In this document: positions 39,688 through 53,073 of the stretch, one piece after another
Numbering within the stretch: position 1 is the first letter of the stretch
Layout of the letters: each line of letters opens with the position of its first letter
Source: Octopus vulgaris
Lineage: Eukaryota
Direction of reading: 5' to 3'
Assembly (NCBI GenBank): GCA_951406725.2
Contig: OX597825.1
Span: 13,950,001 to 14,014,000 of the forward strand
DNA length: 64,000 nucleotides
Translations under genes and position numbers: made by a program
The notes under the pieces: model-generated
Databases searched by the model: none
The model's input: only the letters and a program-made list of their open reading frames with translations
Told to the model about the DNA's origin: nothing

Positions 39688-40895
39688 GCTTCAACACACG
39701 AAATCATATAAAGAATCTTGCAAACCAAATCCAAAAACGAAATCTTATCTATAGGATTTTGTTTATAAAACAACAGGAAACCATTTCACTAAAACAGGTC
39801 CATTGACATAAATATGTAAATATATCCAGATCAAATCTGCCAATAGACATGCATAGATTTGTAATAATTTCTGTTTTCTGTACAAATCATTTTTCAAAAT
39901 ATATATATATATATATATATATATCAAAAAAAAAAAAATCGTGTGTGTAATTGAGAAACAGAGATGTGTGCACAACTTGGCACATTTTCATTGGTGGATA
40001 TTTGTTGTCACTGATGAGAAGGAAGGCAGGTTAATTTGGCTTTGATGAGATTTTGAAAGCAGAGTAGTCAGATTCTAAACGACATGCCATAAAGATTTTA
40101 ATCTTGCTGTCTGCTTCAGTTTCAGCCTGGCTGACTCTCAACCAGATATAATTCATCTCCTCCATATAATCTTGCAGAGGAACTGACATATAAGTCTCTT
40201 TCTAGCTCTGTTTCTGCGTGTGTGTATCTGTAATAAAATTTATATCTTTGTGCATAATACGCATGTGCACCCCCACACACACAAGTATATATAATCGAGC
40301 GAGAAAGAGAAATCTACTGACATATCTAAACCTATTTATTTGTCTAGTTTTGAAGCTGGCATCTGTTGGGTTGTTTGTACCTAATCCAAGTCTGTTCCTT
40401 TTTTTTTTGTTTGTAGTTACTTTGTTTTCAGAAGGATAAGATGACCATGTCCTACATGTGACCTTAATGTTTTGCAAGGTCTGTGGCTGGGTACCCTTCC
40501 TAACACCAACACCTTTACATAAGGCACAGGGTACATTTTATCCTGGTGCCATCACCAAAGAAGTTATCATGCCCTAGATATATCATCATCATGCTCATCA
40601 TTTACATGTGGTGTACAAGTTCACCTTGTGATCACATGATTTTGGGTTCAGTCCTATTGCGTGGCACTCCGGGTATTATATCCCTGGGTCAACCAAAGAT
40701 TGGTACATGAATATTGTAGACTGAATCTCTAAAAACACTTACATCCAGCACTTTTTTAAAAACGATACAGCAATATTTTTTTACATAAATATTTTTCTTT
40801 ATTAAATGGTAATTAAAAATTTTTCTTCATCAAACGGTAATTAAATTGTCAATCTTAAACTGCCAGGATCAAACCACCATAATTACATTCATTAA

Positions 40896-41110
40896 CCCTT
40901 TCGTTACTGTATTTATTTTGAGATGCTCTTTGTTTCCTTCAATTACTTTAAATATAACAAAGAATTTTGTAAAATAACTTAGTTATCATTCAGCCATTGT
41001 TAGGAACATAAATTGTGACTAAGGATTTGGTGGAAGATTTAAATTAAAAACTTATGAAAACAAGACTTTTGTACTCAGAGCCGGTTTCAGCCGGGTTGGT
41101 AACGAAAGGG
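40896..41110. mobile_element. piggyBac-type MITE, copy 1
   Basis: TTAA|ccctttcgttac ... gtaacgaaaggg|TTAA; perfect 12-bp TIR. Confidence 0.9.
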
Positions 41111-41141
41111 TTAAGAATTGTTTCTCTATTATATATTTTAA

Positions 41142-41361
41142 CCCTTTTGTTACCATATTTCTGTTGAGATGCTCTGTGTTTCTTTCAATTACTTTAAATA
41201 TAACAAAGAATGTAGTAAAATAACTTAATGATCATTCAGCTAGTGTTAGGAACATAAATTGTGACTAAGGTTTGGTGGAAGATTTTAATTCAAAACTTAT
41301 GAAAACAAGACATTTGTACTCAGAGCCAGAGCCGGTTTCAGCCGGGTTGGTAATGAAAGGG
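41142..41361. mobile_element. piggyBac-type MITE, copy 2
   Basis: TTAA|cccttttgttacca ... tggtaatgaaaggg|ttta; body collinear with copy 1. Confidence 0.88.
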
Positions 41362-41829
41362 TTTAAAGGAAGTTATGAAGTTCGTAATCTGAGGAAATAT
41401 GCTTTAGCCAATGGTCATCATTTTTTGAGCTGGACATTAACTTTATGATTCACAGGTATCCCTTGTTCTCTTAATTACATAAACACCTGAGAAAGCAAGA
41501 TAAGCTTCAGACAAGCGAACCTGTAGGCTTCAGACATAATTTGTTTTAAATTTTTATTTTCGTGTACATACATATCTCTCTCTCTCTATATATATTTACC
41601 TAAATATATCGATAATCTTATGCACTTCTCATTCAGACCAATTCACTTGCTCAGTGTGTTGTGTTCAGATGTTGATCAAGTATTTTTGTTATCTATTCAT
41701 TCCTAATAGAATTATCAATCTTATTGATATAAGATATTTATGATTATCACAAAATTATTACTCATTATCTTGATTGTGATTGCTGTTTATAATTCTGTTA
41801 ATTATTGTTGATATTGTTATTGTTGCTGA

Positions 41830-41900
<71 letters not shown>

Positions 41901-42598
41901 TGTGACTATGAACAGCTTCAATAAATCCCTGGCCTGACAGTTCTGTGGTTGGTGGGTACAGCTGGTTTGATATATAAACTCTACAGGCATGATTCCACTG
42001 TCAGTGAGGCTTTGGCCCTAGACATGCGTAGATCTACGGCGTACTTCAGTCAGCACATTTTAATATGTTGATGACTTGTAGACTTATGTTTTTGCTGCTA
42101 ATGGTGCATGTAGAATGGATGCAGCTATCAGCCAAATCTTTCATGCGTATCGACCCTCTGCCCGCCTTTCATCGGGAAAAGTTAAACAATTTTCCTCTAT
42201 CTTCTGGTGGTGATGGTGAAAATATTGTATGGGGGACAAATTTCAAAGGATAGAAAGCATTTTTGCTTTCAACATATTTTTTTTTATACATAAGTCCTTT
42301 AGCTCCTGGAGATAAGGTCAAACAATTGTCATGCTAACGAGGACTAATGAGCCAGAAACATGTCCAACACTGTTTTCTTATCTCCAGACAATAAGCCTCT
42401 CCTTTTCCTTCATGGTATTCTTTTCTTCTTTTATTCTTTTACTTGTTTCAGTCATTTGACTGCAGCCATGCTGGAGCACTGCCTTGAAGGGTTATAGTCA
42501 AACAAATCTATTCCAGGACTTATTTTTTAAGCCTAGTACTTATTATATCAGTCTCTTGCACTGAACCGCTAAGTTACGGGGAATGTAAACACATCAAC

Positions 42599-42750
42599 TC
42601 CACTTATTTACATTATTTACATTTGACGGATATTTATCCTCATCTTGTTTGTTGTTAACACAACGTTTCGGCTTATATACTCTCCAGCCTTCAATAGGTG
42701 TCACGGGGGAATTTCGAACCTGGGTTCTCACTCCTAAGGTATTTTTCCGA

Positions 42751-42825
<75 letters not shown>

Positions 42826-43055
42826 TATTATTATGCCTGGAATCGAACTCAGAATCTTGGGGTTAGTAGCCTGTGCTCTTAACCACTAAGCCCATGGGCA
42901 TTAGAACCCAGGTTTGAAAATTGCCCCAGGACACCTGATGAAGGCTTGAGAGTATATCAGCTGAAACGTTGTGTTAACAACAAATAAGATGAGGACAAAT
43001 ATCCGTCAAAAGTAAATAATGTACATAATTCCTTATCTCTTAAATATAGAACTGT
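42599..43055. mobile_element. tRNA-hammerhead element (-) with an inverted second copy of its 3' module (+)
   Basis: 42604-42893 is the reverse complement of 34960-35349; 42903-43028 is the reverse complement of 42604-42728. Confidence 0.85.
42929..42975 (+). ncRNA. Minimal type I hammerhead ribozyme motif
   Basis: ggacac-CTGATGA-aggcttgagagtatatcagct-GAAA-cg-TT-gtgtt; stem I gacac/gtgtt pairs with one G-U. Confidence 0.7.
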
Positions 43056-44130
43056 ATCAACATCACTTGTTAATCAATGAAATGGGAACAAAGACATAAA
43101 GACACACACACACAGACATATACATGGTGGGCTTCTTTCAGTTTCCATCTACCAAATCCACTCTAAGGCTTTGGTCAGCCCAAGGCTATATTAGAAAACA
43201 CTTGCCCAAGGTGCCACACAGTGGGACTGAACCCAGAACTATATGGCCGAGAAGCAAGCTTCTTACCACACAGCTGTTCTTAATTCCTGAGATCATCTCT
43301 CTTTCTCAACTGGAATTGATCTTAATTGTCATTTGGTAATTATGATATATTCTCTAGAGGTGGAAATGATATTTAATAAATGAAGAATTTATGTTACACG
43401 GCATTTGACATATCCCTATATTTGTCTGTTCTTCAAATTCCTGCCAGTAGTCAACTTTGATTAATTTCTTTAGAGGATCATTTCCATTTAATTTTTGTTT
43501 CTCTAGACTAGTTGTCTTCAAATTCCATCCACTTGAAAATAAAAGTCAGGTGGAGAGAAAAACCGATTCCACCCTTTAAGAAATTTGCTCAAAAGTTGAG
43601 GAGGGTGGTAACAATGACCCACATGAAATGGCATGCTCTCAGCATGAGCTAGTAGTCTGGAAACTGGAGAACCCAGCTGTGAGAGGGGCCTGGATTAGTG
43701 GAGTTTATTGTTTACCTGTAGCTGATTGCCAACTTCTTAAAACATCTCATTTCATTTCTTTTCAATTCTGATCTTTCTTTTTGTCTTTTCAATGCCTGTT
43801 ATTTTCATAATCAATTCTCTGTAAAAACTCATTAAAAAAAAAAACTCATTAATTGATTTTAGTTTATTTTTTTTTTTATGATATCTCTTTATCTGTCTTA
43901 CTTGTTCTTAATAAAAGAAACATAAAAAAAATAACAAAAACGATCATTATCATTATTATTGTTGTTGTTATTGTGAGAAAATTTGGTGGAAATTTCTCTG
44001 CAAACTTAGTTTGTAATTCCGTGATATTCTTCTATTTGGTGCCATTTCGTTAACGATTTCATTAATGATTTTGGAAATCCATGAACGCTACTTCTTCCTA
44101 AATTCTTCATTTTGGTATTTGCAGCTACAT

Positions 44131-44540
44131 TCTCTTTTACTTGCTTCAGTCATTTGACTGCGGCCATGCTGCAGCACCGCCTTTTTAGTCGAGCAAATCG
44201 ACCCCGGGACTTATTCTTTGTAAGCCCAGTACTTATTCTATCGGTCTCTTTTTGCCGAACCGCTAAGTGACGGGGACGTAAACACACCAGCATCGGTTGT
44301 CAAGCAATGCTAGGGGGACAAACACAGACACACAAACACATACACACACACACATATATATATATATATACATATATACGACAGGCTTCTTTCAGTTTCC
44401 ATCTACCAAATCCACTCACAAGGCATTGGTCGGCCCAGGGCTATAGCGGAAGACACTTGCCCAAGATGCCACGCAGTGGGACCGAACCCGGAACCATGTG
44501 GTTGGTTAGCAAGCTACTTATCACACAGCCACTCCTGTGC
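44131..44540 (-). mobile_element. Family A SINE, full length, low divergence
   Basis: All family modules present, CpGs retained. Confidence 0.92.
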
Positions 44541-44845
44541 CTGATTGTTTACGATTGCTACCTTAAATTAGTTACATGCCTTCATCCCCCCCACACACAC
44601 ACATGCAGTGAATTTGGTACGATACATCAGAGGAAGTATGAAAACAGAGAGCTCAATTGAAATTGAATAAGTTATAACAACATGGTGTTATTAGATTATT
44701 CTATTTATATTTGATCAGTAACGAGACTTGATTTGGAAGGAGACAGAGAAACGAAGGAAATTTATAAGTATGTGTGTGTATATTATTATTATTATTATTA
44801 CTATTATTATTACCCACATGCACATATATCGATATAAATAGGACC

Positions 44846-44846
<1 letters not shown>

Positions 44847-44877
<31 letters not shown>

Positions 44878-45022
44878 TCCATCTATCTGTTTATCTGTCT
44901 GTCTATCTATCTATATCTATCTGTCTATCTATCTATCTATCTATCTATCTGTCTTTCTATTTATCTATCTATATGTCTGCCTTTCTATCTATTCCTCTAT
45001 TTATATATCTATCTTTCTATCT
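44847..45022. repeat. (ATCT)n/(GTCT)n microsatellite
   Basis: Direct reading. Confidence 0.9.
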
Positions 45023-45534
45023 GTTCATCCTTCTCTATCTATTCATGCTTGCATTCATAATTAAATACAGGGCACCATACGTAATACGTTTGGTTGAACA
45101 TCATTTGCAAGAAATCAAAGTTATCCACATAACAAGAAGTAAATTACTTTGGAAAGAAACAAAATGCCAGCTACTTTCACTATTTAAAAACCCATGTGTT
45201 CATTAGTTGCTCTGTTTATAAGATATATATATATATATTCTTTGTAAACTAACTTTAGTCATAGTAACCTTAGTGGTTCTCAACCAGGACTCAAATGGTT
45301 CCTGAAGGTCCATATAATATTTTTAGGGGTCCATGTAATAAAACAGTTAATTGGGGGGGCCACAATAGTATATTATGGGCCCCTGAAAATATTTTGTTTT
45401 AGGTGCATGTATTGATATGTATTGCAAGAAACAGCTGGGTTTCTTTCTCGACAGGCGAAATTACACTATGCATTTTTCCCAATATGCTAGCGATTCTGCC
45501 AGTCTGCTAACGATTCTTCACAATAATGATAATG

Positions 45535-45870
45535 TCCAAGAAGGAAGTAAAAAATATTCGACATATGTAATCCTCTAAAACATGAGGTCAACTGATGATG
45601 GAAAACATAAAAAGGTGAAAAGAGCGTGAATTATTTTTGAGTCCTTGGGGACAGCATCGGAAGATGACAAGAGGAATATAAAGGAAATTGAAATAGGGTG
45701 CCCAGGAGAGCTTGTTACAAATTGTTACAAATTGTTTATCCCCTGAGCATGGCCAGAATCACCAGGAAAGTTTTAGTTGAAAAGAACAGATGGCATGTTA
45801 CTTTTGGCTGCAGGTACCAAGCTTGCTAAACATGCAAGACTCCAGGAGTTCAAAAAAAATCTGAGCTAAC
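45535..45870 (+). pseudogene. Decayed R4/Dong-clade ORF C-terminus + 3' UTR
   Basis: Frameshifted fragments ..SLGTAS.., ..KEIEIGCPGEL.., ..LSMARITRKVL.. parallel the GALG...LGTARI.RKVL terminus; directly followed by a long (AAT)n. Confidence 0.65.
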
Positions 45871-45896
45871 ATAATAATAATAATAATAATAATAAC

Positions 45897-45950
<54 letters not shown>

Positions 45951-46086
45951 AAGAAGAAGAAGAATGATAATGATGCTGATGATAATAATAATAATAATAA
46001 TAATAACAATAATAATAATTATAATAATAATAATAATAATAATGAGAAGAAGAAGAAGAAGAAGAAGAATGATAATGATGTTGATG

Positions 46087-46195
<109 letters not shown>

Positions 46196-46481
46196 TGATG
46201 ATGATGATGATGATGATGAGGATAATCCTTTCACAAGACCTGAAATTTTGGGGGATAGGCAAAGTCGTTCACATTGATCCTGGTACTTGACTGGTACTTT
46301 ATCTATCGACCCTCAAAGGATGACAGGCAAAGTTGACCTCGGCAGAATTTGAACTCAGAACGGAAGGACAGACAGAATGCTGCAAATCATTTTGCTCGGC
46401 ATTCTAACGAATTTGTCATCTCCTTGTCTCATAATAATAATAATAATGATAACGATGATAATATTGATACCAATAATGATA

Positions 46482-46530
<49 letters not shown>

Positions 46531-46869
46531 TAACAACAACAATAATGGAAAATTAAAGGTTTCTGTAGAGTTGTTTTCAATCTAAATCAATTTTGCATCC
46601 TCTACTTAGTGAAAATGGAGCAATTAGAACTGTCTTTGTTAACACCAAAAACTGTTAATGTCTTAATGATTAAAGACAACTGCCATCTTTTGACTGCAGC
46701 TGATGGCTGTGTGGCAAATAATCTTGTGAAGAGAAATTTGCCATTTCCCCCACTAGAATAACTCTCTCATTTTAGTAAAACTAAGATTTGAGGGTTAAGC
46801 ATTGCAAGATATTATACATATTCATAAACAAGATATTGTAACTAGTGTCAATGATATTGAAGAATGTTA

Positions 46870-47305
46870 AGGCGGCGATCTGGCAGAAATTTTAGCATGC
46901 CGGGTGAAATGCACCAGTTATGCATTGGGGTCGATATAATCGACTTAACCCGTTTGTCTGTCCTTGTTTGTCCTCTCTGTGTTTAGCCCCTTGTGGGTAG
47001 TAAAGAAACAAGTATTTCGTCTGCCGCTACATTCTGAGTTCAAATTCCACCAAGATCGACTTTGCCTTTCATCCTTTCGGGGTCGATTAAATAAGTACCA
47101 ATTACGCACTGGGGTCGATATAATCGACTTAACCCATTTGTCTGTCCTTGTTTGTCCTCTCTGTGTTTAGCCCCTTGTGGGTAGTAAAGAAATAGGTATT
47201 TCGTCTGCCGCTACGTTCTGAGTTCAAATTCTGCCGAGGTCGACTTTGCCTTTCATCCTTTCGGGGTCAATAAGTTAAGCACCAGTTATGCACTGGGGTT
47301 CGATG
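46870..47305 (+). mobile_element. Family B SINE, tandem multimer
   Basis: Head ggcggcgatctggcagaa, then ~185-bp units repeated (46915-47010, 47010-47195, 47195-47305). Confidence 0.9.
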
Positions 47306-47316
47306 TAAAAAAAACT

Positions 47317-47482
47317 TTATAAGAGGTGTTGAAAGTGTCATCCTTCACTTTCAATACATAAGTTGACTCGTCCTTCTACACATGTTTTGAAATACATTTT
47401 GGAGAGTCTGACGTGGTATGGACTGTGTGGAGGTTATGATTGAATCTTTTAGCTTGTTAATGGTTTTCATGCAATTCTTGTA
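47317..47482 (-). pseudogene. Tc1/mariner-superfamily transposase C-terminal remnant
   Basis: YKNCMKTINKLKDSIITSTQSIPRQTLQNVFQNMCRR/RVNLCIESEG*HFQHLL* (one frameshift, one stop) matches the Y...T..ELK..I...IP...L...R...CI...G.HF.HLL terminus. Confidence 0.75.
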
Positions 47483-48300
47483 TCATTTCGCCCGGTGTGC
47501 TAACGTTTATTCCAGCTCACCATCTTCAATCTATCAATCTATCTATCTATCAATGTATCTATCTATCTATACACACACGCGCACACACACGCGCACACAC
47601 ACGCGCACACAAATATACACATACACACACAATGGATTTCTTTCAGTTTCTGTACATGAAATCCACTGATTACACTTTGATCAACATGGGGCTAAGGTAG
47701 AGGTGCAATTTGCCAGACAGTGCAATTGAACCAAAGACTCCATAGTTTGGAGACAAGCTTCCTAACCTCTTAGCCATTCTTACGCTTTGATGCAGTTGAT
47801 CATAGTTTTACAAAGCGAAACAAAAATCAGAAAAAAAAAAAATTTTTTTCATTTTATCAAAACTTTGGTGTTGTTACTAAAATTGATTATTACAACTCCT
47901 TTCCAATAATCTTTTGACAAACGCTAGAAACTTTGAAAATTATAAAACAAAATCATACCCATAATGTTACTCGGATAATTTTCTTTAAATAAGGGAGAGA
48001 GCATGATGCATATTAAGAAATGTGAATTAGTAAGCTTAAAAAAATAGGGAGAAACTTTTAAAAATGAAATATCTTTATTTGCGAAAATTAATCTTGATTG
48101 GCAATCTTCAATTCTCAGTCATAACAAGTCTCTCTGTTTGCTGCTTTGTTCTCTGGAAAACTTGGGAAATTTTGCACACTAGAATATAGTTCCAAAATAT
48201 GGAATGCACTGTCGAATCTATAAAGAAAATTCTGAACGATTTACATTCTCGAAATGGAATTGAAATCTTTCTATCCATTAAGAGGTAATATTTATTCCTT

Positions 48301-48548
48301 TGTGGATGTGTGTGGCTTAGTGGTTAGGGTGTTGAACTCATGATCGTAAGGTTGTGGTTTCGATTCCTGGACCGGGCGATGCATTGTGTTCTTGAGCAAA
48401 ATACTTCATTTCACGTTGCTCCAGTCCACTCAGCTGGCAAAAATGAGTAATCCTGCGATGGACCAGCGTCCCATCCAGGTGGGGAATTTCTACACCACTG
48501 AAACTGGGAAACCGGCCCTTATGAGCCTGGCATGGCTCAAGAAAAAAC
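48301..48548 (+). mobile_element. Family C variant SINE
   Basis: tggcttagtggttagg A box, ttcgattcc B box, cctgcgatggaccagcgtcccatccagg V-like domain, shared tail ggaaaccggcccttatgagcc. Confidence 0.85.
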
Positions 48549-49006
48549 ATTTATTTTTTATCTATTCCTACAAAGGCGGCAAGCTGGCAGAATCATTAGC
48601 ATGCCAGGTGAAATGCATAGCAGTATTTTGTTTTTTGGAAAATTTATGGATCATCTGTGACATCTATAAGGAATGTCTTGCTTCATAAAATGTTTTGATT
48701 TATGTGTCTCCGGTCGTGTCATACTGATGATTTCTAATAAGAATGAAATGGTACTTTACAGGATTATCTATGATTAGAAATTTTAAGAACTTTGTAGTAA
48801 GAAAACAAAGGTTAAATATGTATATTCTATGTATTTTCTTCCTTGAACTCAAATTTAAAATTCCAACTTCTACTCCTGACAAGATTCGTTTGGAGATGAT
48901 TTTCTCCTTTACAATAACAACCCACCGGGAACATACCACACAATTTCAACAACATCTCTTCATTTATGCACAATTTTTTTTTTCTGAGAACTGATGAATT
49001 ATTTGG

Positions 49007-49043
<37 letters not shown>

Positions 49044-49754
49044 TTGTATGACTTTTGATCTTTTGGAGTCCAAGGTGAACAAGTACCTACGTTCACTAAT
49101 GTTAATGGTTTCCTTCATTTCGGTAATTTTATCAGTTCTTTTATTACCACCTCCAATTTATTTCATTTTATTAGCTCCTTTATTGTAGTCTCATTTACCA
49201 TATTTTATTGTCATCAGTAATTTTATTACCTTGGCATAGTATTTTATTTAAATCTTTTATCATTTATTTTATTACCATCTTTCATTTACTATCTTAAAAT
49301 ATGCATACTTATATGTGGGCCCTCCTGGGGGAGAATTCAAATGAAGAAAAACTGTTGTTGCAATATCAATAGTAATTATGAAAAATATTCTAACTTTTGG
49401 TATTGTCTTCTTAATTTGGTCTTAATTAGAAATATTTTCTTTGTATCTAAGTTACATAAAAAAAAGACAAATTTTTGGTGGCATTGAGGTTAAATGAGAG
49501 GAATGGTTATATGAGGAGATAAAATACTTTTCACTATTTAGTTCCATTCCTCTTGGAGTCTCTGTTCAGCTAAGTTCACCTTTCTTATCATATTTTAAGA
49601 GACAATGGTTACAATATACATGAATCACAAGGTAGTATCTCATCTCTTGTGTGAAGAAAAGATCCATTATATTTCATTAACTTTCATTTTCTTACATCAT
49701 CATAATCATCATCCCAGTAATAAAACTAATTATCATTATCATTATCATTATTAA

Positions 49755-49975
49755 GGTGGTGAGCTGGCAGAATCATTAGCACGCTGGATGAAATAAATGC
49801 TCAGTAGCACATTTCATCTACTTTTACATTTTGAGTTCAAACTCCACTGCTGTCAGCTTTGCCTTTTATCTTTTTGGGGACGATAAATTAAGTACCAGTG
49901 AAACATTGGGGTCAATGTCATTGACTAGTACCCTCACCCAAAATTTCAGGCCTTGTGCCTTTATTAGAAAGGATC
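49755..49975 (+). mobile_element. Family B SINE
   Basis: Head, diverged core, tail ggccttgtgcct...agaaaggat followed by (ATT)n. Confidence 0.8.
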
Positions 49976-50003
49976 ACTATTATTATTATTATTATTATTA
50001 TTA

Positions 50004-50100
<97 letters not shown>

Positions 50101-50105
50101 CATCA

Positions 50106-50140
<35 letters not shown>

Positions 50141-50465
50141 GAGTGAGAGAGCAGTGCATGCCATCAAAGTGAAAATGGAGTAAAATATACAAAGCCCAGT
50201 ATACCCACCAGGCACATGCATCAGAACCATTTGTGCGCGACATGGTGATCTCATATCAAGAATAACAGTGCATGACCATGCAGGTGGGGCTCTGTTAGAA
50301 TTTTCTTCAAGTTGAGTAGCCCATCCCACTCAAAAGCTCCCTGAATAAAGGTCGCTTAAGGATGTTTGAACAAGACACCCATGTTTCTAGAGCTGAATTA
50401 TCCAATCCCCAAAGATGTTCTCTCAACAGATGGCTATGATGCTACCCCACTACTTCTGCTTGTGT
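50141..50465 (-). mobile_element. Family E: (AAT)n-tailed retroelement fragment
   Basis: 3' end cactttgatggcatgcactgctctctcactc-(aat)n shared with 54187-54259 and 63288-63453. Confidence 0.75.
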
Positions 50466-51017
50466 CAGACAAATAAGTACCTTGCATTAGAGAAAAACCA
50501 AAAAAATACTGGGATCAATTCATTCCCAAAAATTCTTCAAAGCAGTGCCCCCAGCATGGCCACAGTCTAATGACTGAAACAATTATAAGACAGATGGTAA
50601 AACGAGTCTGCACATTACGTTAAAGATCTTGATTCTGATCCCAGAAAGCGGTATACCATTATCATCCTTAATCTGCTTCATGCAATGTTATGCGAGAATG
50701 GAATGTTATCAACCCCTTATTTTATGGGTGAGCAGAAATCATATATATGGCTCCCAGAAGATTTTTCGCTGAAATTTATATCTATCACTTAAATTACTGC
50801 ATCCTGTTTTTGTTAAGATTATTTTTTGGCAGAAGGGATTTTTTTTTGCCTGCATTTCATTTCTTTTTGTTTTTTCTTTATGAATGTCTCTTCCATACAT
50901 AGGGAATATTCTTAACTGTACAGAAAGTAACGCAATATACTCGCACACCCCTCGGTAAATTCTTGGTTTCATGAGTATACATACAAACACACAGTCACAC
51001 ATAAAAACACACACACA

Positions 51018-51285
51018 CACTTTTACATAGACTTATTCATACACATGTAGGTCCACACACATATATACACTCACTAACATATGCACAATCTTACACTCAT
51101 TTGCACACATATTCACAAGTATCACACACACTCACACACACACACACACACACATTCACTCACTTTTACATAGACTTATTCATACACATATAGGCACACA
51201 CATATATATACACTCACTAACATACAATCTTACACTCACTTGCACACATATTCACAAACATCACACACACACACAGTCACACATA

Positions 51286-51321
<36 letters not shown>

Positions 51322-51584
51322 CTCACACACAAACACACACAATCATTCACTCACTTTTACATAGACTTACTCATACACATGTAGGCACACACACATACAT
51401 ACACTCAATAACATATTCACAATCTTACACTCACTTGCATACAGACATACACATACACACACACACACAGTCATTCACTCACTTTTACATAGACGTATTC
51501 ATACACATGTAGGCACACACACATATATACGCTCACTAACATATTCATTATCTTACACTCATTTGCAGACATATTCACAAACAT

Positions 51585-51621
<37 letters not shown>

Positions 51622-51878
51622 ATTCACTCACTTTTACATAGACTTACTCATACACATGTAGGCACACACACATATACACACTCACTAACATACTCGCAAT
51701 CTTACACTCACTTGCACACGTAATCACAAATATCACACACACACACACATACACACACTCATTCACTCACTTTTACATAGATTTATTCATACACATGTAG
51801 GTACACACACACATATATACTCACTAACATACGCCCATTCTTACACCCACTTTCACACATATTCACAAACATCACATA
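51018..51878. repeat. Minisatellite, six ~130-190-bp units with variable (CA)n
   Basis: cacttttacataga.ttattcatacacatgtagg unit starts at 51018, 51161, 51352, 51480, 51629 and 51768. Confidence 0.92.
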
Positions 51879-52664
51879 CAAACGAACGTCAAACACACAT
51901 ATACTTACTTACACACGTGCCCACACACTTATGCACACAAACACCCATTAAATGGCAGATGTATAGAACTGGAACACTTAAAAGAAGAAAAAAAAACCAT
52001 GTAATCGAAGCACAAACAAGTTAAAACAAACAGAGAAAGTAAAACCATTTCGAGCTATGAAATCATTGAGGATGCAAACCCTTTGAAAACAGACCTGAAA
52101 CATGCAAAACTAAAACAAACAAACAAACAAACAGACAACAACAACAACAGCAGTAGTAAAATCAAGCATGATCAACAAAAGCCAAACCAGAAACTACATC
52201 AAGGGAAAACCAAACTAGAACAACAGCGCCAAAGAAATTATGAAAACCAGAGCAACCTCAAGCAGAATGAAATTATATCTATGTGCTCTGATTAGAAGGG
52301 AATGATACTTATATATATCGTATATGTGTGTGCATAGATGGAAATTTATAATGTTTCCCATATTGCAGTATCAAATTGATAGGTGTATCTATAAATGATT
52401 ATAAAAACGGAAAAAAGTTGGAAATATGCATAAAAAATAGCTTCCAAATTGCACGTTTTTTTTTCCTTTCACCCTGAAATTTATTCTGAATGTTCTAATT
52501 AGAAATAAAATTATCAATTTGGTGGAAAAATTTGAGCATTATTTTTCTTTTATGCAAACATTATTTGATATACCGATACAAGCATGAGTAGTACGACGCA
52601 TAAGACTGTTCCGAAGGTTAGTCTGTAAATGAAAATTCTTCATTCAAGTCTAGTTTGATTCCCT

Positions 52665-52797
52665 GCCACATGGTTCCAGGTTCAGTCCCACAGCATGTTA
52701 CCTTGGGCAAGTTTCTTCTAGTACAACCTCAGGCTAACCAGAGCCTTGTGAGTGATTTCGTCAAGGGAAACTAAAAGAAGCCTGTTGCATAGATGTA

Positions 52798-52832
<35 letters not shown>

Positions 52833-53057
52833 ACATGTGCGTTTGTCATCCACCATTGCTTGACAACCAGTGCGGGGTTTGTTTCCATTCCCCCTAACTA
52901 AACAGTTTAGTAAAAAGAGACCGATAGGAAATGTACCAGGTTTAAAAAGAAAACAGTTAGTACTGAGGTTGATTCATACATTTAAAAATTCTTCAAGATA
53001 TTGCCCCTGCATGGCTGCAGTCTAATAATTGATGCAAGCCAATGAAATAGCTAAAAG
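52665..53057 (+). mobile_element. Family A SINE, diverged
   Basis: ccacatggttccaggttcagtccc, ccttgggcaagt, internal (GT)n, tail. Confidence 0.82.
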
Positions 53058-53073
53058 AAAATCTCCATGAATA

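Larger units (their letters stand above)
42432..43275 (-). mobile_element. Family A SINE interrupted by the hammerhead element
   Basis: Tail 42432-42598, remainder 43056-43275; atcaac duplicated at 42593-42598 and 43056-43061. Confidence 0.85.

Noticed and set aside
40010-40040. CTGATGA box (also at ~45593)
   Set aside because: No correctly placed stem II, GAAA and stem I; expected by chance.
42140-42210. Minus-strand FSR*KAGRGSIRMKD resembling the R2/R4 RT motif YLPR..GGRGL
   Set aside because: A single short motif with a stop and no supporting neighbours; too weak to call.
45271-45445. hAT MITE beginning tagtggttctcaacc
   Set aside because: Only one terminus is visible, so it was left uncalled.
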